Of a stretch of DNA of 32,000 nucleotides, positions 17,583 through 27,148 are shown in pieces. The stretch lies in contig NC_008789.1 of the NCBI RefSeq assembly GCF_000015585.1, positions 1,560,001-1,592,000 on the forward strand. Direction: 5' to 3'. The stretch comes from Halorhodospira halophila SL1 (lineage in GTDB: Bacteria > Pseudomonadota > Gammaproteobacteria > Nitrococcales > Halorhodospiraceae). The notes beneath the pieces were generated by a model. That model searched no databases, was not told the origin of the DNA, and saw nothing but the letters and a program-made list of their open reading frames with translations. The position numbers and the translations under genes were made by a program. Positions within the stretch are counted from its first letter, which is position 1. The number at the start of each line of letters is the position of its first letter.

Positions 17583-18406
17583 CACATTCCGCTCTGCCAC
17601 CACGCTAACCCCGCTGCTAGAACCGGCGCCGCCGCGGTCAGACTGTCGATACGGTCAAGGATCCCGCCGTGCCCCGGCAGGATTCCGCCACTGTCCTTCA
17701 CGCCGCGTTGACGCTTGAGCATACTTTCAAAGAGATCCCCCACCACTGAGGCGACGATCACCGCCACCGTCAGCAGCGCAAGAGCCACCACGCCGGGGGC
17801 CTGAGGCTGAAGCAGGAGCACCAATGCTCCGCCACCCAGCAGCGCGGCCAGACCGCCTCCCACAGCCCCCTCCCAGCTCTTGCCGGGGCTGATGCATGGG
17901 GCTAGCCGGCGACGCCCCCAGGCCCGCCCGGCGAAGTAGGCACCGGTATCTGCGCCCCAGACCAGGACCAGCAGGAAGGTGTGCCAGAAGGGACCCCAGG
18001 GGGTACTACCGTGCAGATACACCAGGGCCAGCCAGCAGGGCCAGAGCACTAGCCAACCCACCACGGCGGACACCAGCGGTGATGGGGCAGCCAGCTCACG
18101 CCGGGTATACAGCACCAGCCAGCACAGGGCCACAAGCCACAAGGCAGCCACCGCGTAGAGGATGCCGCTAACCGCCGGAACGGCCTGCAGCAACCACCAC
18201 CCGGGCAGCAGCGTCATGGCAAAGCCACCGACCAGGGCCACCCGGCGGCCGTGATCCTGTACGCCGATCAGTGTGGTCCACTCCCAGGCCGCAAGGGCCG
18301 CGACCCCCCCCAGCGCCAACGCCAGCACCGGGGTAGGCAACAACCAGATTGCGGCAAGAAGCAGCGGCCCCAGCGCCAGCGCGGTCAGCACCCGTGCCTT
18401 AAGCAT
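17582..18406 (-). CDS. cdsA: Phosphatidate cytidylyltransferase
   Basis: 274-aa polytopic membrane protein with the C-terminal CDS signature SMLKRQRGVKDSGGILPGHGGILDRIDS. Confidence 0.9.
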   Translation of the reverse strand: MLKARVLTALALGPLLLAAIWLLPTPVLALALGGVAALAAWEWTTLIGVQDHGRRVALVGGFAMTLLPGWWLLQAVPAVSGILYAVAALWLVALCWLVLYTRRELAAPSPLVSAVVGWLVLWPCWLALVYLHGSTPWGPFWHTFLLVLVWGADTGAYFAGRAWGRRRLAPCISPGKSWEGAVGGGLAALLGGGALVLLLQPQAPGVVALALLTVAVIVASVVGDLFESMLKRQRGVKDSGGILPGHGGILDRIDSLTAAAPVLAAGLAWWQSGM

Positions 18407-19178
18407 GGCGCACCGACTTCAGCGGATAGGAGGTGACCGCACCGAATCGACGATCCCGCGCGGCATAGTCTTCGATGGCGCGGGCCAACCCCTCGGTACC
18501 GAAGTCCGGCCACAGGGTCTCGGCAAAGTGGAGCTCGGTATAGGCCATCTGCCAGAGCAGGAAGTTGGAGATGCGCCGCTCGCCCCCGGTGCGGATGAAC
18601 AGATCGGGATCGACGACATCCGGAAGGGACAGCGCGCCGCGGAAGGCGTCCTCATCGATGGACTGCGGATCGACCTCGCCCCGAGCCGCCGACGCGGCCA
18701 AACGGCGGGCGGCCTCAGCGATCTCCCAGCGCCCGCCGTAGCTGGTCGCGACGATCAGCTGCAGTCCGGTGTTCTCCGCGGTAAGCGCCTCGGCATCGGT
18801 CAGCCGCCGCTGCAGACCTGCTTCGAACTGAGTCCGGTCGCCGATGAAGCTCAGGCGCACATCGTTCTCGTGGAGCCGTTGCAGCTCCTGATCCAGGGTG
18901 GTCCGGAACAGCTGCATCAGCACGCGGACCTCGCCCCGCGGACGGCGCCAGTTCTCGCTGCTGAAGGCGAACAGCGTCAGCGCCTCCAGCTCAAGGCGGC
19001 CACACGCCTCCACCACCTCGCGAACCGAGCGCGCCCCGGCACGGTGGCCGGCGTAGCGCGGCTGCCCTTGCCGCTGTGCCCAGCGCCCGTTGCCATCCAT
19101 GACGATGGCGATATGGCGCGGCAACTCGACACCGGCTAGCCGCTCACTGATCTGGGCTGGCCCATTCGTATCCGCCAT
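18399..19178 (-). CDS. uppS: Undecaprenyl-diphosphate synthase (cis-prenyltransferase)
   Basis: HIAIVMDGNGRWA, LTLFAFSSENWRRP, DLFIRTGGERRISNFLLWQMAYTEL. The 3' end overlaps the cdsA start by 8 nt. Confidence 0.93.
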   Translation of the reverse strand: MADTNGPAQISERLAGVELPRHIAIVMDGNGRWAQRQGQPRYAGHRAGARSVREVVEACGRLELEALTLFAFSSENWRRPRGEVRVLMQLFRTTLDQELQRLHENDVRLSFIGDRTQFEAGLQRRLTDAEALTAENTGLQLIVATSYGGRWEIAEAARRLAASAARGEVDPQSIDEDAFRGALSLPDVVDPDLFIRTGGERRISNFLLWQMAYTELHFAETLWPDFGTEGLARAIEDYAARDRRFGAVTSYPLKSVRHA

Positions 19179-19187
19179 ACGACCCGC

Positions 19188-19745
19188 TCAGACCTCCATG
19201 AGCTCGCGTTCTTTCTCCTCGAGCAGGTCGTCGACTTGCGCCACATACCGGTCGGTGAGCTTCTGGATGGCCTCCTGGGCGCGGCGCTCCTCGTCCTCGG
19301 TGATGTCCTTGCCCTTGGCGAGGTCCTTAAGGTCCGAATTGGCATCCCGGCGGACGTTGCGGATGGCGACACGGGCCTGCTCGGCCTCGTTCTTGACCAA
19401 GCGGACCATCTCCTTGCGGCGGTCTTCGGTCAGTGAGGGCAGCGGCACCCGGATGACCTGCCCGGCCGAGACTGGACTCAGCCCCAGGTTCGAGGCCATG
19501 ATCGCCTTCTCAATGGCAGGCACCATGTGCTTCTCGAAGGGTGTAACGGCCAGCGTACGCGAATCCTCCACGCTGACATTGGCCGCCTGCTTGATGGGCA
19601 CCTCCATGCCGTAATACTCGACATTGACCTGGTCAAGCAGGCTGGTGTGGGCGCGCCCGGTGCGCAGCCGAGCCAGGTCGTGCTTGAGGCTCTCGACGGC
19701 CTTGGCCATCCGGCGATCGGCGTCTTCCTGGATATCTTCGATCAC
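19188..19745 (-). CDS. frr: Ribosome recycling factor
   Basis: 185 aa, collinear with E. coli Frr ([13 protein letters not shown]..., [20 protein letters not shown]). GTG start overlaps the pyrH stop (GTGA). Confidence 0.95.
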   Translation of the reverse strand: MIEDIQEDADRRMAKAVESLKHDLARLRTGRAHTSLLDQVNVEYYGMEVPIKQAANVSVEDSRTLAVTPFEKHMVPAIEKAIMASNLGLSPVSAGQVIRVPLPSLTEDRRKEMVRLVKNEAEQARVAIRNVRRDANSDLKDLAKGKDITEDEERRAQEAIQKLTDRYVAQVDDLLEEKERELMEV

Positions 19746-20488
19746 GATGATTCCTCCTGGGCGCTGGGCAGGCCCGGATCGACCACGGTACCCACCGGCT
19801 CGCCACGGGCCGCGGCAACCATGGTACCCGGGCTGGTGATATCAAAGACCATGATGCGCATCGCTTGATCGCGGCACAGAACGATGGCGGTCGCGTCCAT
19901 GACCTCCAGGCGCTTACTCAGTACCTCATCGTAGGTGAGCTGCTGATAGCGCTTCGCCTCGGGGTCGCGGACCGGATCGGAGCTGTAGACCCCGTCGACC
20001 TTGGTCCCCTTGAGCAGCAGTTCGGCCCCGACCTCCACGGCGCGCAGGCTGGCGGCAGAGTCGGTGGTGAAGAAGGGGTTGCCGGTACCGGCGGCGAAGA
20101 TCACCACCCGGCCTTTCTCCAGGTGGCGGACCGCCCGGCGGCGGATGTAGTCCTCGCAGACCTGATTGATCTTGATCGCTGACATGACGCGGCAGAAGAC
20201 GCTCCGCCGCTCGAGGGCATCCTGGATGGCCAGGGCGTTCATCACGGTGGCCAGCATGCCCATATGGTCGGCGGTGACCCGGTCCATGCCCGAGGCGGCC
20301 AGACCGGCCCCGCGGAAGATATTGCCGCCACCAATGACCACCGCCACCTCGACCCCCATGGCGTTGATCTCGGCCAGTTCGTCGGCAATGCGATCGAGCG
20401 TATTGGCGGCGATCCCGTATTGTCCGTCGCCCAGCAGCGCCTCGCCGCTGAGCTTGAGCAGTATCCGGCGATAGTGCGGCACCGTCAT
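19742..20488 (-). CDS. pyrH: UMP kinase
   Basis: [41 protein letters not shown]. Confidence 0.95.
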   Translation of the reverse strand: MTVPHYRRILLKLSGEALLGDGQYGIAANTLDRIADELAEINAMGVEVAVVIGGGNIFRGAGLAASGMDRVTADHMGMLATVMNALAIQDALERRSVFCRVMSAIKINQVCEDYIRRRAVRHLEKGRVVIFAAGTGNPFFTTDSAASLRAVEVGAELLLKGTKVDGVYSSDPVRDPEAKRYQQLTYDEVLSKRLEVMDATAIVLCRDQAMRIMVFDITSPGTMVAAARGEPVGTVVDPGLPSAQEESS

Positions 20489-20513
20489 GACTCCGGCCTT
20501 TTAGTGAGCGGGC

Positions 20514-20540
20514 GCGGTGCCCGGGCCACCCGGGCACCGC
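20514..20540 (-). other. Perfect 12-bp GC-rich stem-loop in the tsf-pyrH intergenic spacer
   Basis: GCGGTGCCCGGG (20514-20525), loop cca, CCCGGGCACCGC (20529-20540). No U-tract follows on the minus-strand transcript. Confidence 0.6.
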
Positions 20541-20564
20541 CGTTGCTGGTAACGCCGCCCGGGC

Positions 20565-21440
20565 TCAGGAGTCGCGGACTTGCGCCATCACCTCGTCAGC
20601 GAAGCTCTCGTCTTTCTTCTCCTTGCCTTCGCCGACCTCGTAGCGCGCGAAACGGGTCACTTCCGCGCCCTTGGCCTTGAGCAGGTCCCCGACCGTCTGA
20701 TCCGGGTCCTTGACGAAGGGTTGGCCGAGCAGCGTGATCTCGCTCAGGTGTTTCTTGAGCCGGCCTTCGACCATCTTCTCGACGATCTCTTCCGGCTTGC
20801 CGCTCTCGCGGGCCTGCGCAAGCAGCACTTCCTTCTCGGAGGACAGCTGATCCGCAGGCACGTCATCGGGGCTGACGCAGACCGGCGAGGAGGCCGCGAT
20901 GTGCATCGCCAGGTCCCGCCCGAGCTGTTCATCGCCGCCCTGGACCTCGACCATAACGCCGATCCGGGCACCGTGCAGGTACTGAGCCACCTGATGGTCC
21001 CCAGCGTAGCGGATGAAACGGCGCACCTCGATGTTCTCGCCAAGTTGGGCGACCATCTCCTGGCGCAGGGTCTCCACCGACTTGCCATCGACCTCGCTAG
21101 CCAACAGGCTGTCCAGGTCCTCGACCTTGGAATCCAGGGCGCGCTGGGCCACGGACTCGGCGAAGGCCCGGAACTCGTCCCCGTTGCCGACAAAGTCGGT
21201 CTCGGAGTTAACCTCCACAAGCACGCCCGACTTACCGTCTTCGGAACGGGCCGCCACGACGCGGCCCTCGGCAGCGACGCGATCGGCCTTCTTGTCGGCC
21301 TTGGCCAGGCCCTTCTTGCGCATGAGCTCGGCGGCGGCCTCGAGGTCACCGTCCACCTCCACCAGCGCCTTCTTGCACTCCATCATGCCGGAGCCGGTGC
21401 GCTCACGGAGCTGCTTGACCAGGTTTGCAGATACGGACAT
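20565..21440 (-). CDS. tsf: Elongation factor Ts
   Basis: [22 protein letters not shown] (UBA-like N-terminus), 291 aa, lying 14 nt downstream of rpsB. Confidence 0.95.
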   Translation of the reverse strand: MSVSANLVKQLRERTGSGMMECKKALVEVDGDLEAAAELMRKKGLAKADKKADRVAAEGRVVAARSEDGKSGVLVEVNSETDFVGNGDEFRAFAESVAQRALDSKVEDLDSLLASEVDGKSVETLRQEMVAQLGENIEVRRFIRYAGDHQVAQYLHGARIGVMVEVQGGDEQLGRDLAMHIAASSPVCVSPDDVPADQLSSEKEVLLAQARESGKPEEIVEKMVEGRLKKHLSEITLLGQPFVKDPDQTVGDLLKAKGAEVTRFARYEVGEGKEKKDESFADEVMAQVRDS

Positions 21441-21454
21441 CTGTGCTTGCCCCC

Positions 21455-22198
21455 TCAGGATGCGGTGTCGTTGATCTCGACGAAGTCGTCCTTGCCGGCA
21501 GCAGCGGCGTGACTCGACGCCTGCTTCGCCTCGATTACGGCATCGGCGATGCCGCTGACGTAGAGCTCGATAGCCCGGATCGCATCGTCGTTACCGGGGA
21601 TGACGTAATCGACCTCCCGGGGCGAGCAATTGGTATCGACAACCCCGATAACCGGAATGCCGAGCTTCTTCGCCTCGGAGATGGCGATGTGCTCATAGCC
21701 CACGTCGACGACGAACATGGCGTCGGGCAGACGCTCCATGTTCTTGATGCCGGAGAGGCTGCGATCGAGCTTCTCCCGCTCGCGGCTGAGCGCCAGGGCC
21801 TCACGCTTGGTCACCTTATCGAAGGTGCCATCCTCGGCCTGGGTTTCCAGGTCCTTGAGGCGCGCGATGGAGTGCTTGACGGTGCGGAAGTTGGTCATCA
21901 TGCCACCGAGCCAGCGGTGATCAACGTAGGGCATCCCGCAGCGCGCCGCATGCTCGCGGACCAGCTCCCGGGCCGGGCGCTTGGTCCCGACGAAGAGGAT
22001 CTTGCCGCCATTGCTCGCCAGGCGCCCGGCGAAGTTCAGGGCATCCTTGTAGAGGGGCAGCGTCTTTTCGAGGTTGATGATGTGGATCTTGTTGCGCTCA
22101 CCGAAGATATAGGGGCGCATCTTGGGATCCCAGAAGCGGGTCTGGTGCCCAAAGTGCACACCCGCCTCCAGCATCTGACGCATGGAAACGTCGGCCAT
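21455..22198 (-). CDS. rpsB: 30S ribosomal protein S2
   Basis: [27 protein letters not shown]... The start is re-called to ATG 22198 with AAGGAG 7 nt upstream. The track start at 22231 adds 11 non-homologous residues. Confidence 0.95.
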   Translation of the reverse strand: MADVSMRQMLEAGVHFGHQTRFWDPKMRPYIFGERNKIHIINLEKTLPLYKDALNFAGRLASNGGKILFVGTKRPARELVREHAARCGMPYVDHRWLGGMMTNFRTVKHSIARLKDLETQAEDGTFDKVTKREALALSREREKLDRSLSGIKNMERLPDAMFVVDVGYEHIAISEAKKLGIPVIGVVDTNCSPREVDYVIPGNDDAIRAIELYVSGIADAVIEAKQASSHAAAAGKDDFVEINDTAS

Positions 22199-22346
22199 GT
22201 CGGATCTCCTTGGATCGGGTTGAGCCTCCATACGCCCGCATCCGACAACCCGATTGCTGCGCAGCCGCCGGGCACCCGGTCGAATGTGTCGGCGTATGTG
22301 TGGATTCAGTGGTTCAGTCAGTACGCTGCGGTGATTACACGCAGCA
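22199..22346 (-). promoter_or_regulatory. Structured rpsB 5' leader (candidate S2 autoregulatory leader)
   Basis: A 9-bp stem ATCGGGTTG (22214-22222) / CAACCCGAT (22246-22254) abuts the SD. A 6-bp hairpin GCTGCG (22325-22330) / CGCAGC (22340-22345) sits at the predicted 5' end. GC content is locally lower. gammaproteobacterial rpsB leaders are known to be structured and S2-regulated. Confidence 0.4.
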
Positions 22347-22352
22347 GCGCGG

Positions 22353-22381
22353 TTTATACCACTATCGACAGCCGGTTACAA
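22353..22381 (-). promoter_or_regulatory. rpsB promoter with extended -10
   Basis: The minus strand reads TTGTAA (22381-22376), a 17-nt spacer, then TATAAA (22358-22353), with TGg immediately upstream of the -10 (GTGGTATAAA). From memory, this closely matches the conserved extended -10 reported for gammaproteobacterial rpsB promoters. Confidence 0.55.
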
Positions 22382-22459
22382 GAACGAAATGGCACGCTCG
22401 AGGGGCGCCGGCGAGCGCGTCCGGCGAACGCCCGCGGGGCGCCGAGGGCGAGTTGGACG

Positions 22460-22468
22460 TGTTAGAAT
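22460..22468 (+). promoter_or_regulatory. Candidate extended -10 (TGtTAGAAT) placed to start transcription at or next to the map ATG
   Basis: TGtTAGAAT lies at 22460-22468, and the map ATG at 22476 is 7-8 nt downstream of the hexamer. There is no acceptable -35 and no clear SD before the ATG. Confidence 0.3.
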
Positions 22469-22475
22469 GGGGCGC

Positions 22476-23243
22476 ATGTCTGTACCCATCAAAACCGCCA
22501 AAGAGATCGAGGGCATGCGCCGCGCCGGAAGGATGGCGGCAAGCGTGCTAGATAGGATCGCCCCCCACGTGGAGCCCGGAGTCACCACCGAGCACCTCGA
22601 CGCGCTTTGCCACCGCTACATCACTGAAGAGCTCGGGGCTACGCCGGCGCCGCTGAATTATCGCGGTTTCCCCAAAGCCACCTGCACTTCGGTCAATCAC
22701 GTGGTCTGCCACGGGATCCCGGGGCCGAAAAAACTGAAAAAAGGCGACATCCTCAATATCGACGTCACGGTGATCGACCCAGAGGGCTGGCACGGCGATA
22801 CCAGCCGGATGTTCTACGTCGGCGAGCCGAGCATCCTGGCCCGGCGCCTGGTCGAAACCACCCGGGACTGCCTGTGGTGCGGCATCGAACAGGTCCGCCC
22901 GGGGGCAACCCTGGGGGACATCGGCTACGCCGTGCAACGCCACGCCGAGGAGCATAACTTCTCGGTGGTGCGGGAGTACTGCGGCCACGGCATCGGGCAG
23001 AGCTTCCACGAAGAACCCCAGGTGCTCCACTACGGCCAGCCAGGCACCGGCATGCGCCTTGAGCCCGGCATGACCTTCACCATTGAGCCGATGATCAACG
23101 CCGGCCGACCGGCCACCAAGCTGTTACGGGATCAATGGACGGTGGTGACCAAGGATCGCAGCCTCTCGGCTCAGTGGGAGCACACCCTGCTGGTCACCGA
23201 GGACGGCTACGAGATCCTGACGCCGGCGCCGGACGGACGCTGA
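22476..23243 (+). CDS. map: Methionine aminopeptidase, type I
   Basis: MSVPIKTAKEIEGMRRAGRMAASVLDRI is collinear with E. coli Map (MAISIKTPEDIEKMRVAGRLAAEVLEMI). Metal-ligand context is present: GDILNIDVTV, GHGIG, FTIEPM, QWEHT. The track start at 22389 adds an R/G-rich extension. Confidence 0.93.
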   Translation: MSVPIKTAKEIEGMRRAGRMAASVLDRIAPHVEPGVTTEHLDALCHRYITEELGATPAPLNYRGFPKATCTSVNHVVCHGIPGPKKLKKGDILNIDVTVIDPEGWHGDTSRMFYVGEPSILARRLVETTRDCLWCGIEQVRPGATLGDIGYAVQRHAEEHNFSVVREYCGHGIGQSFHEEPQVLHYGQPGTGMRLEPGMTFTIEPMINAGRPATKLLRDQWTVVTKDRSLSAQWEHTLLVTEDGYEILTPAPDGR

Positions 23244-23272
23244 CCCAACGGCCAATCGACAGGAGCGCCGCC

Positions 23273-25942
23273 ATGCCCGTTACGGCCTGCCCCGCCCTGG
23301 AGCCCGACGCACTGGTCCGGGCGCTGGAGGCGGGCGAGCCGCTGGTTCCCACGCTGCGCCGTGCCCTGCAACAGGCTGATCAGGCCCTTGCTGCACGATT
23401 CCGGGCGGGGACGAGCGCCGCCGAGCTGGTCCCCGAGCGCGCGGCCACCATGGATGAAGTGGTCAAGCAGCTGTGGCGAAGCAGCCTGGGCGGCGACGAG
23501 CCACAAGGGTGTGCCCTGCTGGCGGTAGGCGGCTACGGGCGTGGCGAGCTGCATCCCGGTTCGGATATTGACGTCCTGGTGCTGGTCGACCCCGAGCACC
23601 GAGATGCCCTCGCCCCACTCCTGGAGGCGTTCATCGCCGGACTGTGGGACCTCGGGCTGGAGGTGGGCCACAGCGTGCGCAGCGTGGATGAGTGCATCGC
23701 TGCCGCCGCGGATGATATCACCATCGCCACCAACCTGATGGAGTCGCGCCAGCTCTGCGGCACCCCTGATCTCGGCCAGGCATTGCGACAGGCCTTGACG
23801 GCAAATCGGATCTGGCCGAGTCCGGCCTTTTTCGAGGCCAAGCTGGCCGAACAGCAGGCCCGCCACGCCAAATTCCACGACACGGCTTACAACCTGGAGC
23901 CGAATATCAAGTCGAGCCCGGGCGGGCTGCGCGATATCCAGATGGTGGGCTGGGTAGCCAAGCGCCACTTCGGGGCGGAGCACCTGCACGAACGGGTCGC
24001 CGGAGGGTTCCTCACCGAAGCCGAGTACCAAGCCCTGCACGCTGGCCAGTGTTTCCTCTGGGATGTGCGGTTCGGCCTGCACCTGATCGCCGGCCGACGC
24101 GAGGACCGACTGCTCTTCGATCACCAGGTCGGCCTGGCGGAGCTGTTCGGCTACGTGGATGACGACCAAACCCTGGCCGTCGAACAGTTCATGCAGCGTT
24201 ACTTCCGGACCGCCATGGACATCTCCCGCCTCAACGAGATGCTCCTGCAACACTTTCAGGAGGCCATCCTGTATACGAGTTCGGGGGCTGAGCCGACACC
24301 GATCAACCGGCGCTTCCAGATCCGTCGCGACTTCCTGGAGGTCACCGACCCCTCGGTCTTTCGGCGTTACCCTTTCGCCCTGCTGGAGGTCTTTCTGATC
24401 CTGCAGCAGCACCCGCAGCTCAAGGGGGTCCGTGCCTCGACCATCCGGCTCATCCGCCAGCACCGAACGCTGATCGATGAGAGCTTTCGGCGTGATCTGC
24501 GGTGCCGCAGCCTGTTTATGGAGATCCTCCGGCAACCCCAGGGGATCACCCACGCCCTGCGCCGCATGCACCGCTACGGCGTCCTCGGGCGGTACATCCC
24601 GGCCTTCGGGCGTATCAGCGGACGCATGCAGTACGACCTGTTCCACGTCTACACCGTTGACTCCCACACCCTGTTCGTGGTCCGCAACCTGCGCCGCATG
24701 GCCCTCGCGGAGCACCGCACGGAACTCCCCTTAGCCCACGACATCATGCAGCAGCTCCCCAAGCCCGAGCTGCTCTTCTTGGCCGCCCTGTTCCACGATA
24801 TCGCCAAGGGGCGCGGCGGCGACCACTCCGAACTCGGGGCCGGCGATGCCTACGAATTCTGCATCCAGCATGGGCTCGGGGCCTACGACGCCCGCCTGGT
24901 GGCCTGGCTGGTGCGCCACCATCTGGATATGTCGGTCACTGCACAGCGCAAGGATCTCTCCGACCCGGCAGTGATCACCGATTTCGCCCGCACCATGGGC
25001 GACCAGCTCCATCTGGACTACCTCTATCTGCTCACCGTCGCCGACATTCGGGCGACCAACCCAGACCTCTGGAACGCCTGGCGCGCAGCGCTGCTCAATG
25101 AGCTCTACGTGCTGGCACGGGCCGCCATCCGCCGCGGCCTCAGCAAGCCGCTGGACAAGCGCGAGCTGATCCGCGATACCCAGCGGGATGCGCGGCGGAT
25201 CCTGCGCCAGCGGGGCTACGGACCGGGGCGCATCCGGGGCGTCTGGCGCCAACTGCCAGAAGACTATTTCCTGCGCCATAGCGCCGAGGAGATCGCCTGG
25301 CATACCGAGGCCATCGCCGAGACCGCACCGGCACAATTGCCGCTGGTCCTCGCCGCCAGCCAGGAGACCGGGGGGGGCGCGCGGATCTTCCTCTACGCCC
25401 CCGACAGCCGCGACCTCTTCGCCCGCTGCGTGTGGGCCCTGGACCGGCTCGGACTGAGCATCCAGGATGCCCGGGTGATCACCACCGACGGCGGCTTTAC
25501 CCTGGATAGCTATCGGGTGCTCGAACAACACGGCGCGCCGCCGAGTGAAGAGCAACGACTTGAGGAGGTCCGCCAGGCGCTAGCGGCAGCCGCCGCCGAG
25601 CAGGGGCCGCCACCGGCCCCGGTGGCGCGCCATATCCCGCGACAGCTCCAGCACTTCCGGACCGAGACCCAGATCCACTTCACAGACGACCCGGATAACC
25701 ACCGCACGGTGGTGGAGCTGATCACCGCCGACCGTCCCGGGCTCTTGGCCCGCGTGGGGAAGGCCTTCTCGGGGTGCGGGGTGCGGGTCAAGAACGCCAA
25801 GATCGCCACCATGGGAGAACGGGCCGAGGACGTGTTTTTCATCACCGATGACCAGGGCCAGCCATTGCGTCTCCCGGTGCAGTACCGCTGCGTACGCGAG
25901 GCCCTGTATGAGCTTCTCGACGAGGAGGCCACCAACGCATGA
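23273..25942 (+). CDS. glnD: Bifunctional [protein-PII] uridylyltransferase/uridylyl-removing enzyme
   Basis: 889 aa from ATG 23273 (AGGAG 7 nt upstream). It has a nucleotidyltransferase motif (GGYGRGELHPGSDIDVLVL), an HD domain (LFHDIAKGRGGDHSELG) and two C-terminal ACT-like segments. Confidence 0.93.
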   Translation: MPVTACPALEPDALVRALEAGEPLVPTLRRALQQADQALAARFRAGTSAAELVPERAATMDEVVKQLWRSSLGGDEPQGCALLAVGGYGRGELHPGSDIDVLVLVDPEHRDALAPLLEAFIAGLWDLGLEVGHSVRSVDECIAAAADDITIATNLMESRQLCGTPDLGQALRQALTANRIWPSPAFFEAKLAEQQARHAKFHDTAYNLEPNIKSSPGGLRDIQMVGWVAKRHFGAEHLHERVAGGFLTEAEYQALHAGQCFLWDVRFGLHLIAGRREDRLLFDHQVGLAELFGYVDDDQTLAVEQFMQRYFRTAMDISRLNEMLLQHFQEAILYTSSGAEPTPINRRFQIRRDFLEVTDPSVFRRYPFALLEVFLILQQHPQLKGVRASTIRLIRQHRTLIDESFRRDLRCRSLFMEILRQPQGITHALRRMHRYGVLGRYIPAFGRISGRMQYDLFHVYTVDSHTLFVVRNLRRMALAEHRTELPLAHDIMQQLPKPELLFLAALFHDIAKGRGGDHSELGAGDAYEFCIQHGLGAYDARLVAWLVRHHLDMSVTAQRKDLSDPAVITDFARTMGDQLHLDYLYLLTVADIRATNPDLWNAWRAALLNELYVLARAAIRRGLSKPLDKRELIRDTQRDARRILRQRGYGPGRIRGVWRQLPEDYFLRHSAEEIAWHTEAIAETAPAQLPLVLAASQETGGGARIFLYAPDSRDLFARCVWALDRLGLSIQDARVITTDGGFTLDSYRVLEQHGAPPSEEQRLEEVRQALAAAAAEQGPPPAPVARHIPRQLQHFRTETQIHFTDDPDNHRTVVELITADRPGLLARVGKAFSGCGVRVKNAKIATMGERAEDVFFITDDQGQPLRLPVQYRCVREALYELLDEEATNA

Positions 25943-27138
25943 ATCGCGGTCTCTCCGAGCTGCAGCCCTACCCCTTCGAGCGCATGGAGCGGCTCCTGAC
26001 CGGGCGCCGAGCGGGGCCTGCCGCCCCGATCCGCCTAGGCATTGGTGAGCCCCAGGACCCGCCTCCCGAGTTGCTCACCCGGGTGCTCCGGGACAACCTG
26101 GATCAGGTGGCTCGCTATCCGGCCACCCGGGGCCTGGAGTCACTGCGTGAGGCGATCGCCGGATGGCTGCGCCGCAGATACCGCCTCCCCGAGGCGGCGA
26201 TCAACCCGGATGAGCATGTGCTGCCGGTGGCGGGCACCCGCGAGGCGCTGTTCGCCATCGCCCAGACCGTCATTGGCCGGGGGCGGCCCTATGTGGCGAT
26301 GCCCAACCCCTTCTATCAGATCTACGAGGGCGCGGCGCTGCTCAGCGGTGCCCGCCCGCTCTACCTGCCGATTGAGCCCGGCAGTGGCCTGCCCGATCTC
26401 GACGCCATCGAGCCCAGGACCTGGCAACGGGTGCAACTGCTTTACCTCAACAGCCCGGCCAACCCGACCGGCGCCGTAGCCGACTCCGATTACTACCGGC
26501 GCGTTCTGGAGCTGTGCGATCGCTACGGCTTCATCATCGCCGCCGACGAGTGTTATAGCGAGATCTACGCCGATGAGGCCAATCCCCCGCCCGGTCTATT
26601 ACAAGTCTGCCAGGCCGAGGGGCGCGCGGATTTCCATCGGTGCCTGGTCTTCCACAGCCTCTCCAAGCGCTCCAACGCCCCTGGCCTGCGCTCCGGGTTC
26701 GTGGCCGGGGATCCCGGCCTGATTCACGCCTTTCTGCGCTACCGCACCTACCAGGGCTGCGCCCTGCCCCTGCACGTTCAGGCTGCCAGCGCCGCAGCCT
26801 GGAGGGATGAAGCGCACGTCATCGAGAATCGGGCACGCTATCGCGAGCGCTACGAGGAGGTGTGTACCATCCTCGCCGAAGCACTCGACGAGGTAGCCCC
26901 GCCGCCGGCGACCTTCTACCTCTGGCCACGTACGCCCATCGACGACCAGACTTTCACCCGCCGGCTGTGGGAGGAGGAGAACGTCACGGTGTTGCCGGGC
27001 AGCTTCCTCTCCCGCCCCGGTGGCGACGGCACGCCCCCCGGCGCGGGACGCATACGCATGGCGCTGGTTCCGGATCTAGCCACCTGCATCGAGGCGGCAG
27101 AGCGGATCCGGCGGTTTGTCCATCGAAACTTCCAATAG
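25939..27138 (+). CDS. dapC: Class-I PLP aminotransferase, probable succinyldiaminopimelate transaminase
   Basis: 399 aa. [13 protein letters not shown]-terminus and the [17 protein letters not shown]-lysine motif. ATGA overlap with the glnD stop. The position glnD-dapC-dapD matches Pseudomonas/Bordetella-type synteny. The function is assigned by context, not proven. Confidence 0.75.
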   Translation: MNRGLSELQPYPFERMERLLTGRRAGPAAPIRLGIGEPQDPPPELLTRVLRDNLDQVARYPATRGLESLREAIAGWLRRRYRLPEAAINPDEHVLPVAGTREALFAIAQTVIGRGRPYVAMPNPFYQIYEGAALLSGARPLYLPIEPGSGLPDLDAIEPRTWQRVQLLYLNSPANPTGAVADSDYYRRVLELCDRYGFIIAADECYSEIYADEANPPPGLLQVCQAEGRADFHRCLVFHSLSKRSNAPGLRSGFVAGDPGLIHAFLRYRTYQGCALPLHVQAASAAAWRDEAHVIENRARYRERYEEVCTILAEALDEVAPPPATFYLWPRTPIDDQTFTRRLWEEENVTVLPGSFLSRPGGDGTPPGAGRIRMALVPDLATCIEAAERIRRFVHRNFQ

Positions 27139-27148
27139 GGAGCCCAGC

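Noticed and set aside
20514-20540. The tsf-pyrH hairpin as a canonical Rho-independent terminator.
   Set aside because: No U-tract follows the stem on either strand. I kept it only as a stem-loop of unknown role.
22454-22468. TTGGAC (22454-22459) as a -35 element for the TAGAAT -10 upstream of map.
   Set aside because: The spacing to the -10 is only 3 nt, far from the 16-18 nt required. Only the extended -10 reading (TGtTAGAAT) is geometrically sensible.
22389-22475. The N-terminal extension of map (MARSRGAGERVRRTPAGRRGRVGRVRMGR...) in the track ORF.
   Set aside because: The arginine-rich extension has no counterpart in Map proteins and overlaps the promoter-like AT-richer region. Homology begins exactly at the Met at 22476.
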